Part shown: in pieces, positions 49,243 through 60,117 of the stretch
How the letters are laid out: every line of letters begins with the position of its first letter
Numbering within the stretch: position 1 is the stretch's first letter
Origin: an uncultured cyanobacterium
GTDB lineage: Bacteria; Cyanobacteriota; Cyanobacteriia; Pseudanabaenales; Pseudanabaenaceae
DNA length: 64,000 bases
Reading direction: 5' to 3'
Assembly (NCBI GenBank): GCA_963703315.1
Contig: OY969811.1
Coordinates: 96,001-160,000, forward strand
Program-made: the position numbers and the translations under genes
Notes under the pieces: generated by a model
Told to the model about the DNA's origin: nothing
Seen by the model: the letters and a program-made list of their open reading frames with translations, nothing else
Databases searched by the model: none

Positions 49243-50484
49243 TTACTCCTTGTTCTCACTCAATAACTTATCGCGGAGTTTGATAGCTTCAGGATAGTCT
49301 GGATTTAGCTCAATTGCCTTATTAACCGCTTCAAGCGATTCTTTATTTCTATTTAGCCTTGCTAATGTCAAACCTAAACCGAACCATGAATTATAAGCAT
49401 CTAGATCCTTATCAATCTTTACCCAATCAGAATCGACCTTAGTTACCAAAGAATAAGCATCTAGCTTTATGGCTTGTTTAAATGACTCTACGGCTTCTAA
49501 ATATTTCTTATCCCTAAAAAGAGTCACACCTTTAAGATGCCAAACCCTAGAGATTCTAACTGTTGAAATCTCCGCCTCACTCAAATCAAAAGGACTAATC
49601 CTTAGACGAACATCATCAGCACTTTGTTTTACAATTTTTTCAAGAATGAGTAGAACTTCTTCATACCTTTCAAGATCAATCAGAAATCTAGCCCTATGAT
49701 ATAAACGCAGTGAATTTGGCTTAAGAAGAATAGATTTATCAAGAGAATTAAGAGCTTCTTGATAAATCTTTTTAGCATCTTCTGGTTTTCCTAGTCTATC
49801 AAGTACTAGTCCTTGCTGTCGAAGTGCCAAACTTCGGTTATACAAATACTCGGAATTACCAAACTGTCTTGGTAATCGAAGTGCTGTACTATAGACATCA
49901 ATAGCCTCTTGATATCGATTTAGAGCATCTTGATCACGCCCTTGTTCTATTTGATAATTGCCTAGCTCTCGCAAAGAATTACCTAACCAATTGAAGTAAT
50001 CTCCATTGTCAGAATTAAGCTCAACCGCCTTTTTGTAAGAATCTACTGCATCCTGATAGAAACCTCTTCTATACATTGATAGTCCTAGATTTGTCCAATA
50101 AATAGACCGATAAGGATTAAGTAGAATTGCCTGATTATAGGAATTAGCCGCCTCCAAATAGCGCCCTAAATTATGCAGAGCATCGCCACGCTTTTTCCAA
50201 ATATTAGGAGCATTAGGCTGAAGTCGAGATGCTTTGTCATACTCTTCAAATGCTTGTCGATATTGCTCAAATTTAAAATTATCACTATCATTGTTATTCC
50301 AAAGAGAAGTATCATTGCCTGATTGTGATAGCAAGAGAGATTTAGATGGAGAGAGATTTTGAGCTTGAGAGGTTTGGATGAATTGACAAGATATTGCTGC
50401 GGTTAATCCTATTTTTAAGAGCAAAGGACGAAATGATAATCTAGACTTGTTGAGTGTAAATTTTTGCATTGTCTTAAAACTCAA
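49243..50484 (-). CDS. Tetratricopeptide repeat protein, probably secreted
   Basis: Repeated TPR consensus (W..RG.AL..LGRY.EA...Y..AI.LNP). Confidence 0.88.
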   Translation of the reverse strand: MSFKTMQKFTLNKSRLSFRPLLLKIGLTAAISCQFIQTSQAQNLSPSKSLLLSQSGNDTSLWNNNDSDNFKFEQYRQAFEEYDKASRLQPNAPNIWKKRGDALHNLGRYLEAANSYNQAILLNPYRSIYWTNLGLSMYRRGFYQDAVDSYKKAVELNSDNGDYFNWLGNSLRELGNYQIEQGRDQDALNRYQEAIDVYSTALRLPRQFGNSEYLYNRSLALRQQGLVLDRLGKPEDAKKIYQEALNSLDKSILLKPNSLRLYHRARFLIDLERYEEVLLILEKIVKQSADDVRLRISPFDLSEAEISTVRISRVWHLKGVTLFRDKKYLEAVESFKQAIKLDAYSLVTKVDSDWVKIDKDLDAYNSWFGLGLTLARLNRNKESLEAVNKAIELNPDYPEAIKLRDKLLSENKE

Positions 50485-50581
50485 CTAACTATCAAACTTA
50501 ATTAATTGCTAATTAAAACATACACATAAAAAATTTAGCAATCAGCAATAAATAGTAAGTAGGAAGATTTTCATTGCAAAA

Positions 50582-51283
50582 TCATGATAAATAGGAATCA
50601 ATTAAGCCATGTTGCAACGCATAGCGCACTAACTCGGTGCGGCTACTTGTACCAGTTTTACCAAATAAACGGCTGACATATTTCTCCACATTGCGAATTG
50701 TTGTACCAAGACGCTTAGCAATTTCTTTATTCATCAAGCCCTCAACCACAAGCTCTAACACACTCTGTTCACGAGGCGTGAACTCAATCTTGATGGGGGG
50801 AGGTGTAACGTTAATGGCTGGCTTTTGCTTGAGCAATGCCTTAATTTCCGCAAGTTGTCCTGCTAAGTCGGTAATCTCGGTAGTGTTGCTATTGGCAGTA
50901 ACCGATTGGATCGCACGACGAGCAATCAAGTTTTCGGCGATCGCTACTAACTCATCGGGGTCAAAGGGCTTCGACAAATAGGCATCACAACCTGCGTTAT
51001 AGCCCTCGATCCGATCTTTGGTCATGCCCTTAGCCGTCAAAAACACCACAGGCAAATTCAGAAACCTGACATCTTCACGCATTTGCTTCAGAAACTCATA
51101 CCCACTCACTTGCGGCATCATGATGTCCGAAATCACCAGATCAGGTGTCATTTGCTCTAGCAGTTGCCACGCATCCCTTGCATTGTTGGCAACCTGCACC
51201 GCAAAGCCGCTATCTTCGAGATAGGCTTGGACTGCCTCTCTGAGTCCTGGTTCATCATCCACAAGCAGGATATGTCCTGACAT
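50582..51283 (-). CDS. NarL/LuxR-family response regulator (Ycf29/Rre1-like)
   Basis: LLVDDEP; SDIMMP; KPF; TPREQSVL...GLMNKEIA...RNVEKYVSRL. Confidence 0.9.
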   Translation of the reverse strand: MSGHILLVDDEPGLREAVQAYLEDSGFAVQVANNARDAWQLLEQMTPDLVISDIMMPQVSGYEFLKQMREDVRFLNLPVVFLTAKGMTKDRIEGYNAGCDAYLSKPFDPDELVAIAENLIARRAIQSVTANSNTTEITDLAGQLAEIKALLKQKPAINVTPPPIKIEFTPREQSVLELVVEGLMNKEIAKRLGTTIRNVEKYVSRLFGKTGTSSRTELVRYALQHGLIDSYLS

Positions 51284-51535
51284 AGTTATCCTTTCATTCT
51301 GCGATCGCGATATTACCCACTATATAAGTAAGTAGGCTTAATTAAGTATAAAAACTCCTAAAAGCTGTGCTGTCCACTAGGCGGGCAGCACAGCTTTTAG
51401 ATCTGAAGGTACTTAGCAATCAATCATTCGTTAAGATAACTACAGGGATCTAGTCTGCTAGAATCAGGTCTAGATATTTATACTCCTGTTTAGTTCACGC
51501 CCCACCTATAGGGAACTTAGAGTCACGTCACCGCC

Positions 51536-52537
51536 ATGATGCAATCGGAAAATCTTCGTCAACGTGCCGCCGTCTTAGGTTTGCAAGTCTTTAGCAAGCG
51601 CTCTGCCGTGCGGCTGGGCATTGTCACCCAAATCTGGCTAGATGTCGATCAAAGGCGGGCTGTAGGTATGACCGTAGCTGAGCGATTTATTCCGGGGACA
51701 CCGATTGGGATTGGTGACACATTTTATATGTCCCTCGATAATGTCGATCTATTGGGTCCTGATGCAATTTTGGTGGATGACGAATCGGTACTCGAAGATA
51801 TTTTGATTACTGAGCGCTACACGACTTTAATTAATAATGAAGTAGTTACCGAATCAGGGGAATTACTAGGCAAAGTTCGCGATTTTAAATTTGACCCAGA
51901 GACGGGTGATTTAATGTTTTTGATTGTTGCCTCAGTCGGTAATCCGATTATTCCCGCCAGCTTAATTAGTACCTACGAAATCGATGTGAATGAAATTATT
52001 GCGGTTGGGCGCGATCGCATCATCGTCACCGAGGGCATGGAAGATCGGATGACCCAACTTAGCAAAGGACTGCTAGAACGTCTGGGACTTGGTAAGGCTC
52101 CTTGGGAAGACGATTTTGAAGATGATTACATCATGCCTAACAGCCCAACCATTCGTGATAATGCCCTGTCATCGGGTACGCGCAGCACCTATTCGCCACC
52201 ACCACAGCAACAGCGTCCTGTCTATCGTCAAGAGCAATCATGGGATGACGGTGATAACTGGGCTGAAGAGCGTGTTCCTGTAAATCCACCCCAGCAACAA
52301 CGTCGTCAAGCCAGAGCCGAGGTTCGTCCTGAGCCATCACGCCCGATCGCCCCACCCCCTGCTCCTATCGATAATTACGATGACGAGTACGATGATTTTG
52401 AAGATGATTATTTAGAATCACCTAAAACTAATTTTCGTAACGAAACCCAACAACAGATCCGTGATGCTTGGGGCGAAACCAAAATTCCTGACAAGTCCAA
52501 ACAACGCATTCCCGAAGAGGAATTTGACGAAATCTAA
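51536..52537 (+). CDS. PRC-barrel domain protein with acidic disordered tail
   Basis: Two PRC repeats; EVVTESGELLGKVRDF. Confidence 0.85.
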   Translation: MMQSENLRQRAAVLGLQVFSKRSAVRLGIVTQIWLDVDQRRAVGMTVAERFIPGTPIGIGDTFYMSLDNVDLLGPDAILVDDESVLEDILITERYTTLINNEVVTESGELLGKVRDFKFDPETGDLMFLIVASVGNPIIPASLISTYEIDVNEIIAVGRDRIIVTEGMEDRMTQLSKGLLERLGLGKAPWEDDFEDDYIMPNSPTIRDNALSSGTRSTYSPPPQQQRPVYRQEQSWDDGDNWAEERVPVNPPQQQRRQARAEVRPEPSRPIAPPPAPIDNYDDEYDDFEDDYLESPKTNFRNETQQQIRDAWGETKIPDKSKQRIPEEEFDEI

Positions 52538-53313
52538 TGCTACCCCGTGACCTATTGAATCATGTTGAAAATCGCGACACCGTTAGTCGTCTGCTAGATT
52601 TAGGCGATCGCGCTGTTCAGACATGGGAAGTTGTGTGCAGTGATTTCTTGTCTCCCCCTGAAATCACTGAGGGATTGCAAGTATTTGGCAAAATGACCGA
52701 AATCCATTGCTTAGCATGGGGCGGCTATGAACAAGCAGAACGTCAAAGACTAGCGATCGCCCGCTCAGAGTTGCCTCTCGACCCATCACTAGTCAGCCTC
52801 ACGCCCATCTCGATTTCAGGTAATTTCCTATTTGATACCGCAACCCATCGCGATTTCTTAGGCTCAATCCTCGGTACTGGGATCGAGCGTCAAAAAGTTG
52901 GCGATATCAATGTCTTAGGTGAAAAGGGCGCACAGGCGATCGTTGTCCCTGAGCTAGTGGAATATTTGCAACTGCATTTTAATCAAGTGCGAACAGTTCC
53001 CGTTAAGGTCAATGCGATCGCTTGGGAAGAGTTAAAAATTCGCATCCCTGTAACCAAGGAACTCACTTCCACTGAGGCTTCCTTAAGACTAGATGCGATC
53101 GCCTCCTTCGGTTTCGGAATGTCCCGCAGCAAAATGGTTGACCTAATTAACAGTGATGATGTGCGTGTTAATTGGAAAACTGTCTCGCAGCCCAACTATC
53201 AACTCAAATCTGGCGACCTGATCGCAATTCGTGGCAAAGGACGAGTCACCATTGGCGACATTATGATTACCAAAAAGGAACGCTATCGGGTGCAAATGAC
53301 GCGATCAGTCTAA
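52537..53313 (+). CDS. YlmH-like / photosystem II S4-domain RNA-binding protein
   Basis: SDFLSPP; GGYEQAERQR; HRDFLG; SLRLDAIAS; IRGKGR. Confidence 0.9.
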   Translation: MLPRDLLNHVENRDTVSRLLDLGDRAVQTWEVVCSDFLSPPEITEGLQVFGKMTEIHCLAWGGYEQAERQRLAIARSELPLDPSLVSLTPISISGNFLFDTATHRDFLGSILGTGIERQKVGDINVLGEKGAQAIVVPELVEYLQLHFNQVRTVPVKVNAIAWEELKIRIPVTKELTSTEASLRLDAIASFGFGMSRSKMVDLINSDDVRVNWKTVSQPNYQLKSGDLIAIRGKGRVTIGDIMITKKERYRVQMTRSV

Positions 53314-53400
53314 ACTGTGAGCAAGTTTTCAGCATCACTCAAAAATCGAGATCGCCACTTTACCAAAATCAAGCAGCGATCGCCCATTGTTTACGCTATT

Positions 53401-55404
53401 TTACGCTTTACCAATTAAGCGATCGCGCAAAGCCTTGATCTTGTCGCGCAAAGCCGCAGCTTGCTCGAATTCCTGCTTCTTGGCAGCATCCTTCATTTGT
53501 ACTTCCAACTGCTCAATGATTGAGGGAATATCATCTAGAGAAATCTCCTTAGCATTGTTGACCACATACTCAAGTTGACGCTCATTGAGGCGGCGCGAAA
53601 CGGATAGAAACTCAAGGATGGCATTACCTTCTATCGACTTCACAATCGATCGCGGCGTAATCTGATTATCCTCATTATATTTAATCTGAATACGGCGGCG
53701 GCGTTCCGTTTCGGAAATTGCTTTTTCCATACTGTTGGTCATGCGATCGGCATACATAATTACCTGTCCAGCAATATTTCGCGCCGCTCTACCAATGGTC
53801 TGAATTAGCGATCGCTCTGCTCTTAAAAATCCTTCCTTATCGGCATCGAGAATCGCCACCAGTGACACTTCAGGTAAATCTAAACCTTCGCGCAATAAAT
53901 TTACACCAATCAATACATCAAAAGTGCCACGCCGTAAGTCTTGAAGAATTTCAATGCGTTCAATCGATTTAATATCGGAATGGAGATAACGCACTAATAG
54001 ATTCCGTTCTTGAAAATAGGTAGTTAAATCTTCCGCCATCTTCTTGGTCAAAGTCGTAATTAACACCCGTTCCTTTCGCTTAACTCGCAATTGAATTTCG
54101 TGATATAAATCATCAACCTGTCCCTCAGTCGGACGCACAAAGATCTCAGGATCGACTACGCCTGTGGGTCTGATAATCTGTTCAACTACCTGCTCCGAAA
54201 CTTCCATTTCCCAATCTCCGGGGGTTGCCGAGACAAAAATACATTGCTTGACCATCTCCCAGAATTCATCAGCCTTGAGAGGTCGATTATCCGCCGCACT
54301 GGGCAAACGGAAGCCATGATCGATCAGTGTCATCTTTCGGGCGCGATCGCCGTTATACATCCCTCTGATTTGCGGTATGGAAACGTGCGATTCATCAACA
54401 ATCAGCAACCAGTCATCTTTTGGGAAATAATCCACTAAACAAGCAGGAGATTCTCCTGCTTGTCGCCCTGCCAAATGCCGTGAATAGTTCTCTACTCCAT
54501 TACAAAATCCTACCTCCTGCAATAGTTCTAAATCATATTTAGTACGCTGTTCTAGACGTTGAGCCTCTAGTAATTTCCCTGCATTGGTTAATTCTTCCAG
54601 TCGCTCTTCCAGTTCTGCTTTAATATCGGCACAGGCAATTTCGAGGCGATCAGTAGGCGTAACAAAGTGACGCGCAGGATAAATATTCAAGGCTTCTAAG
54701 CTTTGCAAAATCTCACCCGTAACAGGATCAACATAGCGAATCGCTTCAATTTCATCACCAAAAAATTCCACCCGAATGGTGCGATCTTCGTAGGCAGGTC
54801 CTATTTCTAAAATATCGCCCTTGACGCGAAACTTACCCCGCCCCATTTCGATATCATTGCGCTCGTACTGCACATTTGTTAAAGCTTTTAGTAATTCTCT
54901 CTGGTCATATTCCACACCCACTGCTAAGGGAATCGAAGCTTTGAGATATTCTTCGGGAATCCCTAAACCATAGATGCAGCTTACGGAGGCGACGACAATT
55001 ACATCTTTGCGCTCAAACAGCGATCGCGTTGCCGAGTGGCGCAACATATCGATTTCATCGTTAATCGAGGCGGTCTTCTCAATGTAAGTATCGGTAACAG
55101 GAATATAGGCTTCAGGCTGATAGTAATCGTAATAACTGATGAAATATTCAACGGCATTATTGGGAAAGAATTCGCGCAATTCATTACAAAGCTGCGCCGC
55201 TAAAGTCTTGTTATGGGCTAGCACTAAAGTGGGCTTTTGATATTGGGCGATCGCATTGGCTACGGTCATCGTTTTGCCAGTACCAGTTGCGCCTAACAGA
55301 GTCTGATAGCGCAGTCCTTTTTGTAAACCATCAAATAATTGGGCGATCGCTTTGGGTTGATCGGCGGTGGGCTGCCAAGGGGTACGAATATCGAACAGTG
55401 CCAT
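53401..55404 (-). CDS. uvrB: Excinuclease ABC subunit B
   Basis: [42 protein letters not shown]-terminal UVR domain. Confidence 0.98.
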   Translation of the reverse strand: MALFDIRTPWQPTADQPKAIAQLFDGLQKGLRYQTLLGATGTGKTMTVANAIAQYQKPTLVLAHNKTLAAQLCNELREFFPNNAVEYFISYYDYYQPEAYIPVTDTYIEKTASINDEIDMLRHSATRSLFERKDVIVVASVSCIYGLGIPEEYLKASIPLAVGVEYDQRELLKALTNVQYERNDIEMGRGKFRVKGDILEIGPAYEDRTIRVEFFGDEIEAIRYVDPVTGEILQSLEALNIYPARHFVTPTDRLEIACADIKAELEERLEELTNAGKLLEAQRLEQRTKYDLELLQEVGFCNGVENYSRHLAGRQAGESPACLVDYFPKDDWLLIVDESHVSIPQIRGMYNGDRARKMTLIDHGFRLPSAADNRPLKADEFWEMVKQCIFVSATPGDWEMEVSEQVVEQIIRPTGVVDPEIFVRPTEGQVDDLYHEIQLRVKRKERVLITTLTKKMAEDLTTYFQERNLLVRYLHSDIKSIERIEILQDLRRGTFDVLIGVNLLREGLDLPEVSLVAILDADKEGFLRAERSLIQTIGRAARNIAGQVIMYADRMTNSMEKAISETERRRRIQIKYNEDNQITPRSIVKSIEGNAILEFLSVSRRLNERQLEYVVNNAKEISLDDIPSIIEQLEVQMKDAAKKQEFEQAAALRDKIKALRDRLIGKA

Positions 55405-55774
55405 GAGGTTAGTTGAGAACGCTATCAAAATCAAGGATCTCTATCATATCAAACCCAAATTTTATCTGTTGATATTGGGACTAATTTTGATTGCTTCTAG
55501 GAAAAGCGCGATCGCTTAATAATTATCGGTCTTTGCAATGGGACGCTTCCTGAAAGCGATCGCCGATAACTTCTCGGAACTCATCAACGAAGTTAACCAT
55601 TTCTGATGTCAAAATCTCGGATAAAAACAGTCAGCCTCATCGGGGATATCTCTTCGGCAAAAGGTCTTGTATCAACAGTTCCCGATACCTTTCTATCCCA
55701 CCAGAGCGACTTCGGTAAATCCGCTGCACCTGAATTGTTATGCTGTGGTATTCACTACAAACATAGATGCTTTC

Positions 55775-56467
55775 TCACAATTTACTTTTGAGTTCATTAA
55801 TAATATGCTCAATACCTGAAATCGACCGATCAAGGAACCATAGAAGCTCTTCATCTATAACAGTAAAACTTATATAGGTAAAGGTATATTCACCTGAACC
55901 ATCTAATGGAAAATTTTGTAAAAGCATTAGTGGACTTCTTGTGAAAGGAGTTACTCTATCACCTTTGAAGTTTGAAACTCTAAAAATTCCATCATCTGCC
56001 TTACTTGCTATCCCATAGCCCGATGTACATTGAGTGACGCTCAGTTGTTCATGTTTATTCTCGTTACATAATGATGCAAAATCAGATATCCAATTATTAT
56101 TAACTGAAGTGAAAGGCTGAAAGGATTCAAGCACTGCCAAAAGATCAGGTCTTGAATCGAGAACACCAGTCATCAATTTACCAACACGAGACTTAAAATC
56201 ACTTTGTTTAAAATCTTTGGAAACAATAGGAAAATAAACTGCTTTGGAAGGAGCAGCAATGCTATATTGATCACAAATCTCTCTAGCACAATAGTCGAGA
56301 GCTGAACGCAAATGGTCAAAGATTTCTTTAACAATAATTTTTAGTTCTACACTGACAACTCCTGTGAGCAAAGCTTCCTCATATGGATCACCGTGATCAC
56401 CAATTTCATTACGTTGTCTTTTGGCTTTTTCAACTAAGGCTTCAGCCATTTCAAATCGTGTAGTCAT
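55775..56467 (-). CDS. AT-rich hypothetical protein, HEPN-like (HLRSALDY...YFPI...NENKH)
   Basis: Motif pattern recalled from predicted HEPN-related accessory proteins; not verified. Confidence 0.5.
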   Translation of the reverse strand: MTTRFEMAEALVEKAKRQRNEIGDHGDPYEEALLTGVVSVELKIIVKEIFDHLRSALDYCAREICDQYSIAAPSKAVYFPIVSKDFKQSDFKSRVGKLMTGVLDSRPDLLAVLESFQPFTSVNNNWISDFASLCNENKHEQLSVTQCTSGYGIASKADDGIFRVSNFKGDRVTPFTRSPLMLLQNFPLDGSGEYTFTYISFTVIDEELLWFLDRSISGIEHIINELKSKL

Positions 56468-56828
56468 AACCTTTAACGACGCACGTATCTCTTACTTCAA
56501 GTTAAACATTCCACTGAGAATTTTCAACAACTTGCTTAAAGGAATTAAGTAGTGTAACAAACAGATAACCCTCAAGTGCTCCCTCATTAAGGACTAAGCA
56601 GCCTAACTAGTAATCATACTAAATCTTTTAGTATAGTTATCTTGATTGTGGCAATTATACAAAAAATTTCTGGATAACACAACCATATTTGCATAATATA
56701 CAGAATTTTTCTGGGCATCATCCCAATATTAGGTGAGCTAACCAGAAAAATTCTGGTTAACCTGACAAAACAAAAGCCCAAAAACTTCTAGCCCGATCGC
56801 ACAACACAATCCGCATTAAACACCAACA

Positions 56829-57398
56829 TTAACAGTTTTGTAAAACTTGAGCAGCCGTTAACTGAATGGGAAATATTGGCGAAGCGATCGCTTGCTCACC
56901 TTCATAAACTCTCTCTTCATAAAAGCCTTCCACCCATTCTAATACCGTCACCTTTTGGGCGATCGCATCGATAATCCAATATTCGGCAATCCCTCTCGCT
57001 GTATACTCTGTACGCTTGTAGCGATAATCGCGACTTGCTTGATTGGGGCTGACCACTTCAACTACTAACAATGGTGGTGGCATATCTAGCAATATTAGCG
57101 ATCGGGTTGCACCCTGCATCGCGATCGCTAATTCTTCGGAATAAACTATCAAATCAGGGACACGTACATTTACTTGTTGGCTATGCACAGCTATTTCTGC
57201 TTTCATTCTGAGGCGATTAGCAGGAATTCCTATTTGAGAAAAATAGATCAATAAAAACACAGCAATTAGTTGATTAATATCACTTTCCGAAGACACAGGA
57301 ATTAGTTCTCCATTTTCTAACTCATATAAAGCATCTGTCCCATCGTTATATTCGAGGAAATCCTCAAGGGTCATTTTTGGTGTAGTTGCAACAGTCAT
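56829..57398 (-). CDS. Uma2/DUF820-family endonuclease-like protein
   Basis: YELENGEL; RVPDL; PLLVVEVVSP; DYRYKRTEY..RGIAEYWIID. Confidence 0.9.
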   Translation of the reverse strand: MTVATTPKMTLEDFLEYNDGTDALYELENGELIPVSSESDINQLIAVFLLIYFSQIGIPANRLRMKAEIAVHSQQVNVRVPDLIVYSEELAIAMQGATRSLILLDMPPPLLVVEVVSPNQASRDYRYKRTEYTARGIAEYWIIDAIAQKVTVLEWVEGFYEERVYEGEQAIASPIFPIQLTAAQVLQNC

Positions 57399-57546
57399 TG
57401 TTTTTTCTCCAATGGTTTTGCTTAGACTAATTATCACCGATCGCATCGATAGTTGTTGCCCTCAAAATGCTATGTTGATAAGCCTGACTCTTTTGGTTTT
57501 GAAATGCAACTAGCCTTCCAGACTTCTCTTTCAAACATAGTGCTTC

Positions 57547-58326
57547 ATGTTTGAGCATAATCATCAAGTTTATAAATCTCGTGAGATTGTTCAGCACTAC
57601 AGACAGTTATGCCAATTGCAACCTGCTGAACAAACCATTCTCGATCTTTTACGTGATGAATGGTCGAGTATGAAAATGCTCGATATTGGCGTGGGTGGAG
57701 GACGTACCACTCAACATTTCGCTGGAGTCGTTCAGGAATATCTTGGAATTGATTATTCTGAAGAGATGATTGCAGCTTGCCAGAAACGCTTTGCTTCTCA
57801 AGCAAAAGTCTTCGATGTAGTTGATGCCAGAGATATGAGTCAGTTCCCAGATAACTCTTTTGACTTTATTCTATTTAGCTTTAATGGCATTGATGTTCTT
57901 TCTCATCTAGATCGATTGCAACTTTTTCGAGAAGTCAGCCGAATTGGGAAGTCAGGAGGATATTTTTGCTTTTCAAGTCATAATCTACAAGGGTTAGAAA
58001 GAGAGTTTAACTGGAAAAGTCATATTAGCTTTAATCCTCTCAAAACCTATGTCAACTTGATTATGTTTGGACTGTTGCGATTCTTCAATCGTGAAATTTC
58101 TCGACAGAAGATAGCATCTTCTGACCATGAAATCATTCAAGATGAATCGCATAATTTCCGTTTAAAGCAGTATTATGTGAGACCTCAAGAGCAGATCAAT
58201 CAATTAAAAGCAGATTTTGACAATATCAGGATGTATTCTTGGAAAAGTGGATTAGAAATCAGTACGCCTCAAGAATTAAGCGCTAACTCTGATATGTGGC
58301 TTTATTATCTCTGCAAGATTAAATGA
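57547..58326 (+). CDS. Class I SAM-dependent methyltransferase
   Basis: MLDIGVGGGRTT; GIDYSEEMI; DARDM; FSFNGID. Confidence 0.88.
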   Translation: MFEHNHQVYKSREIVQHYRQLCQLQPAEQTILDLLRDEWSSMKMLDIGVGGGRTTQHFAGVVQEYLGIDYSEEMIAACQKRFASQAKVFDVVDARDMSQFPDNSFDFILFSFNGIDVLSHLDRLQLFREVSRIGKSGGYFCFSSHNLQGLEREFNWKSHISFNPLKTYVNLIMFGLLRFFNREISRQKIASSDHEIIQDESHNFRLKQYYVRPQEQINQLKADFDNIRMYSWKSGLEISTPQELSANSDMWLYYLCKIK

Positions 58327-59849
58327 TGTCGAGCATAAATAGCAATGCTGGTAATGCAAAGCAGAGGTGTTAGCCAATCTCCCCATAAAACATATAGAGT
58401 TTTTGTATCGCGCAAATACACTGTTTCTAAATGGGTTTCATAGGTATTTACATCGGAAAGCCAGACTGTGCGTCCATTGGGATCGACAAAGCCTGAATAG
58501 CCTGTATTGGTCGCTCTCACTGCCCAGCGATCGCTTTCAATTGCCCTTGCCACATCTTGAGCATGATGTTGTGCCGACATATAGGATGCAAAGTGAGCAT
58601 TATTAGAAGCAGAAAGAATTAATCGACCACCTGCGGCAGTTTGGAATCGGAAGGTAGCGGGATAGGCGGACTCATAGCAAATGCCAACGATAAAACGTCC
58701 CCAAGGCGTATCTACTAGCTGCTCACTAGAACCTGCTTCTACTTCTCCTCGCAATGGTGATAAACGCTTGATCAAATTCCCTAAAATTGGTTTAAAGGGA
58801 ATATATTCCCCCACAGGCACAAGGCGAACTTTGTCGTATTGACCGAGAATTTGATCAGAACCATTAATCAAAAAAAGACTATTAGTATAATTATTCGGAT
58901 CTTCGGTATTGGGATTGCGAGTTTTGCCGAAGCCTCCTAACCAGACGGGAACACGATACTGCTCAACGATCCGATCAAAAGGTTCACGCCGCGCATCGTA
59001 ATTGGGATAAAGGAAAGAAATCGCAGTTTCGGGTGTGACAATCATTTCCGCACCTGCTTGGGCTAGTTTCTCATAGCCTTTAGTGTAGTTATTTACCGCA
59101 ATTTCCCATCCCTTTGGTTTTACGGTTAAAGCATTAGGGAAGTTCCCTTGAATGATGCCTGCTTTGATCGATTGCCCATTAGTGCTTGCCATGCGATCGC
59201 TTTGCATTTCCCATGCACCATAGCCAGCTATTGTTAACAAAAAAAGAAGGGCGGCGATCGCATAGCGCTTTCTCTCTTGCCAAGATTTATGTAAGAGAGT
59301 TTCTGCTAATAAGCCATTAATTGCCACAATTGCCGCAGTCATCGTCTGTTGTCCAGAAATACGACTAACCTGCAATAGCAATAAATCATGGGGACTTTGG
59401 GTATAGCCCAATGCAGTCCAATATAAAGGTCCCCAACTCCAGATGATTTCTAAACCACTAAAAATGGCACAGGCGATGATGATGCGACTGGTGACGTTTA
59501 GCTTCTGAGTGAGTAAAGACATCCCACCTGCCCATAGTGCTGACAATACGGCTCCCCATGCTGTAATCAAGACCCAAACCAATGTCGCAATCCAAAAGCT
59601 TGTCCACCAAGGAACACCCATCCATTCCATTGGATGTACACTCGTTATCCAAAATAACGCCATACCGTGATAGCAAAATCCCCACGTTGCCCCCATAGCG
59701 ATCGCCCCTTTGACTTTCAGTTTCTGAGCCAGCATCCAGAGAGGAATCAACGTAATCCACGCTAACCACCATTGACTAAAGGGATCGGGGGTGAGTCCCA
59801 TCAGGACACCACCGAGGGCAGCAAATAGAAGATTTTGCAAATTTCGCAT
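58305..59849 (-). CDS. lnt: Apolipoprotein N-acyltransferase
   Basis: Multiple TMs; IIQGN; TPETA; YDKVRLVPVGEYIP; GICYES; RATNTGYS. Confidence 0.95.
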   Translation of the reverse strand: MRNLQNLLFAALGGVLMGLTPDPFSQWWLAWITLIPLWMLAQKLKVKGAIAMGATWGFCYHGMALFWITSVHPMEWMGVPWWTSFWIATLVWVLITAWGAVLSALWAGGMSLLTQKLNVTSRIIIACAIFSGLEIIWSWGPLYWTALGYTQSPHDLLLLQVSRISGQQTMTAAIVAINGLLAETLLHKSWQERKRYAIAALLFLLTIAGYGAWEMQSDRMASTNGQSIKAGIIQGNFPNALTVKPKGWEIAVNNYTKGYEKLAQAGAEMIVTPETAISFLYPNYDARREPFDRIVEQYRVPVWLGGFGKTRNPNTEDPNNYTNSLFLINGSDQILGQYDKVRLVPVGEYIPFKPILGNLIKRLSPLRGEVEAGSSEQLVDTPWGRFIVGICYESAYPATFRFQTAAGGRLILSASNNAHFASYMSAQHHAQDVARAIESDRWAVRATNTGYSGFVDPNGRTVWLSDVNTYETHLETVYLRDTKTLYVLWGDWLTPLLCITSIAIYARHHLILQR

Positions 59850-59901
59850 AGAGAAAGGAATAGGCTTGATATTGGAATAGGATACTCCCTTCCCATATTT
59901 T

Positions 59902-60004
59902 ATACCGATTCACGAAAGTGTGGTCACACTTTCGTGAATTGAAACCCAAACCCCATAAGGGTTTCTAAAACCAAAAATGGCGTAGCCATTTTTGGTTTTG
60001 GTAT
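59902..60004 (-). mobile_element. MITE family B copy (inverted)
   Basis: ATTCACGAAAGTGT-GGTC-ACACTTTCGTGAAT...AAAACCAAAAATGGC-GTA-GCCATTTTTGGTTTTGGTAT. Confidence 0.8.
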
Positions 60005-60008
60005 TACT

Positions 60009-60036
60009 GTAGTGACAATTCATGAATTGCCACTAC
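60009..60036 (+). repeat. GTAG-type REP-like palindrome
   Basis: GTAGTGACAATTCATGAATTGCCACTAC. Confidence 0.7.
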
Positions 60037-60117
60037 GTCTCGTTCTTGTTTAGGACTAGCAGATATAGTTTGATATAATGAGCCGCTAGAGTCACTTTGT
60101 TCGCTTAGGGTATACCA

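Noticed and set aside
55606..55791. 61-aa plus-strand ORF
   Set aside because: No recognisable motifs, and it overlaps the attC-like sequence and the stop of the opposite gene.
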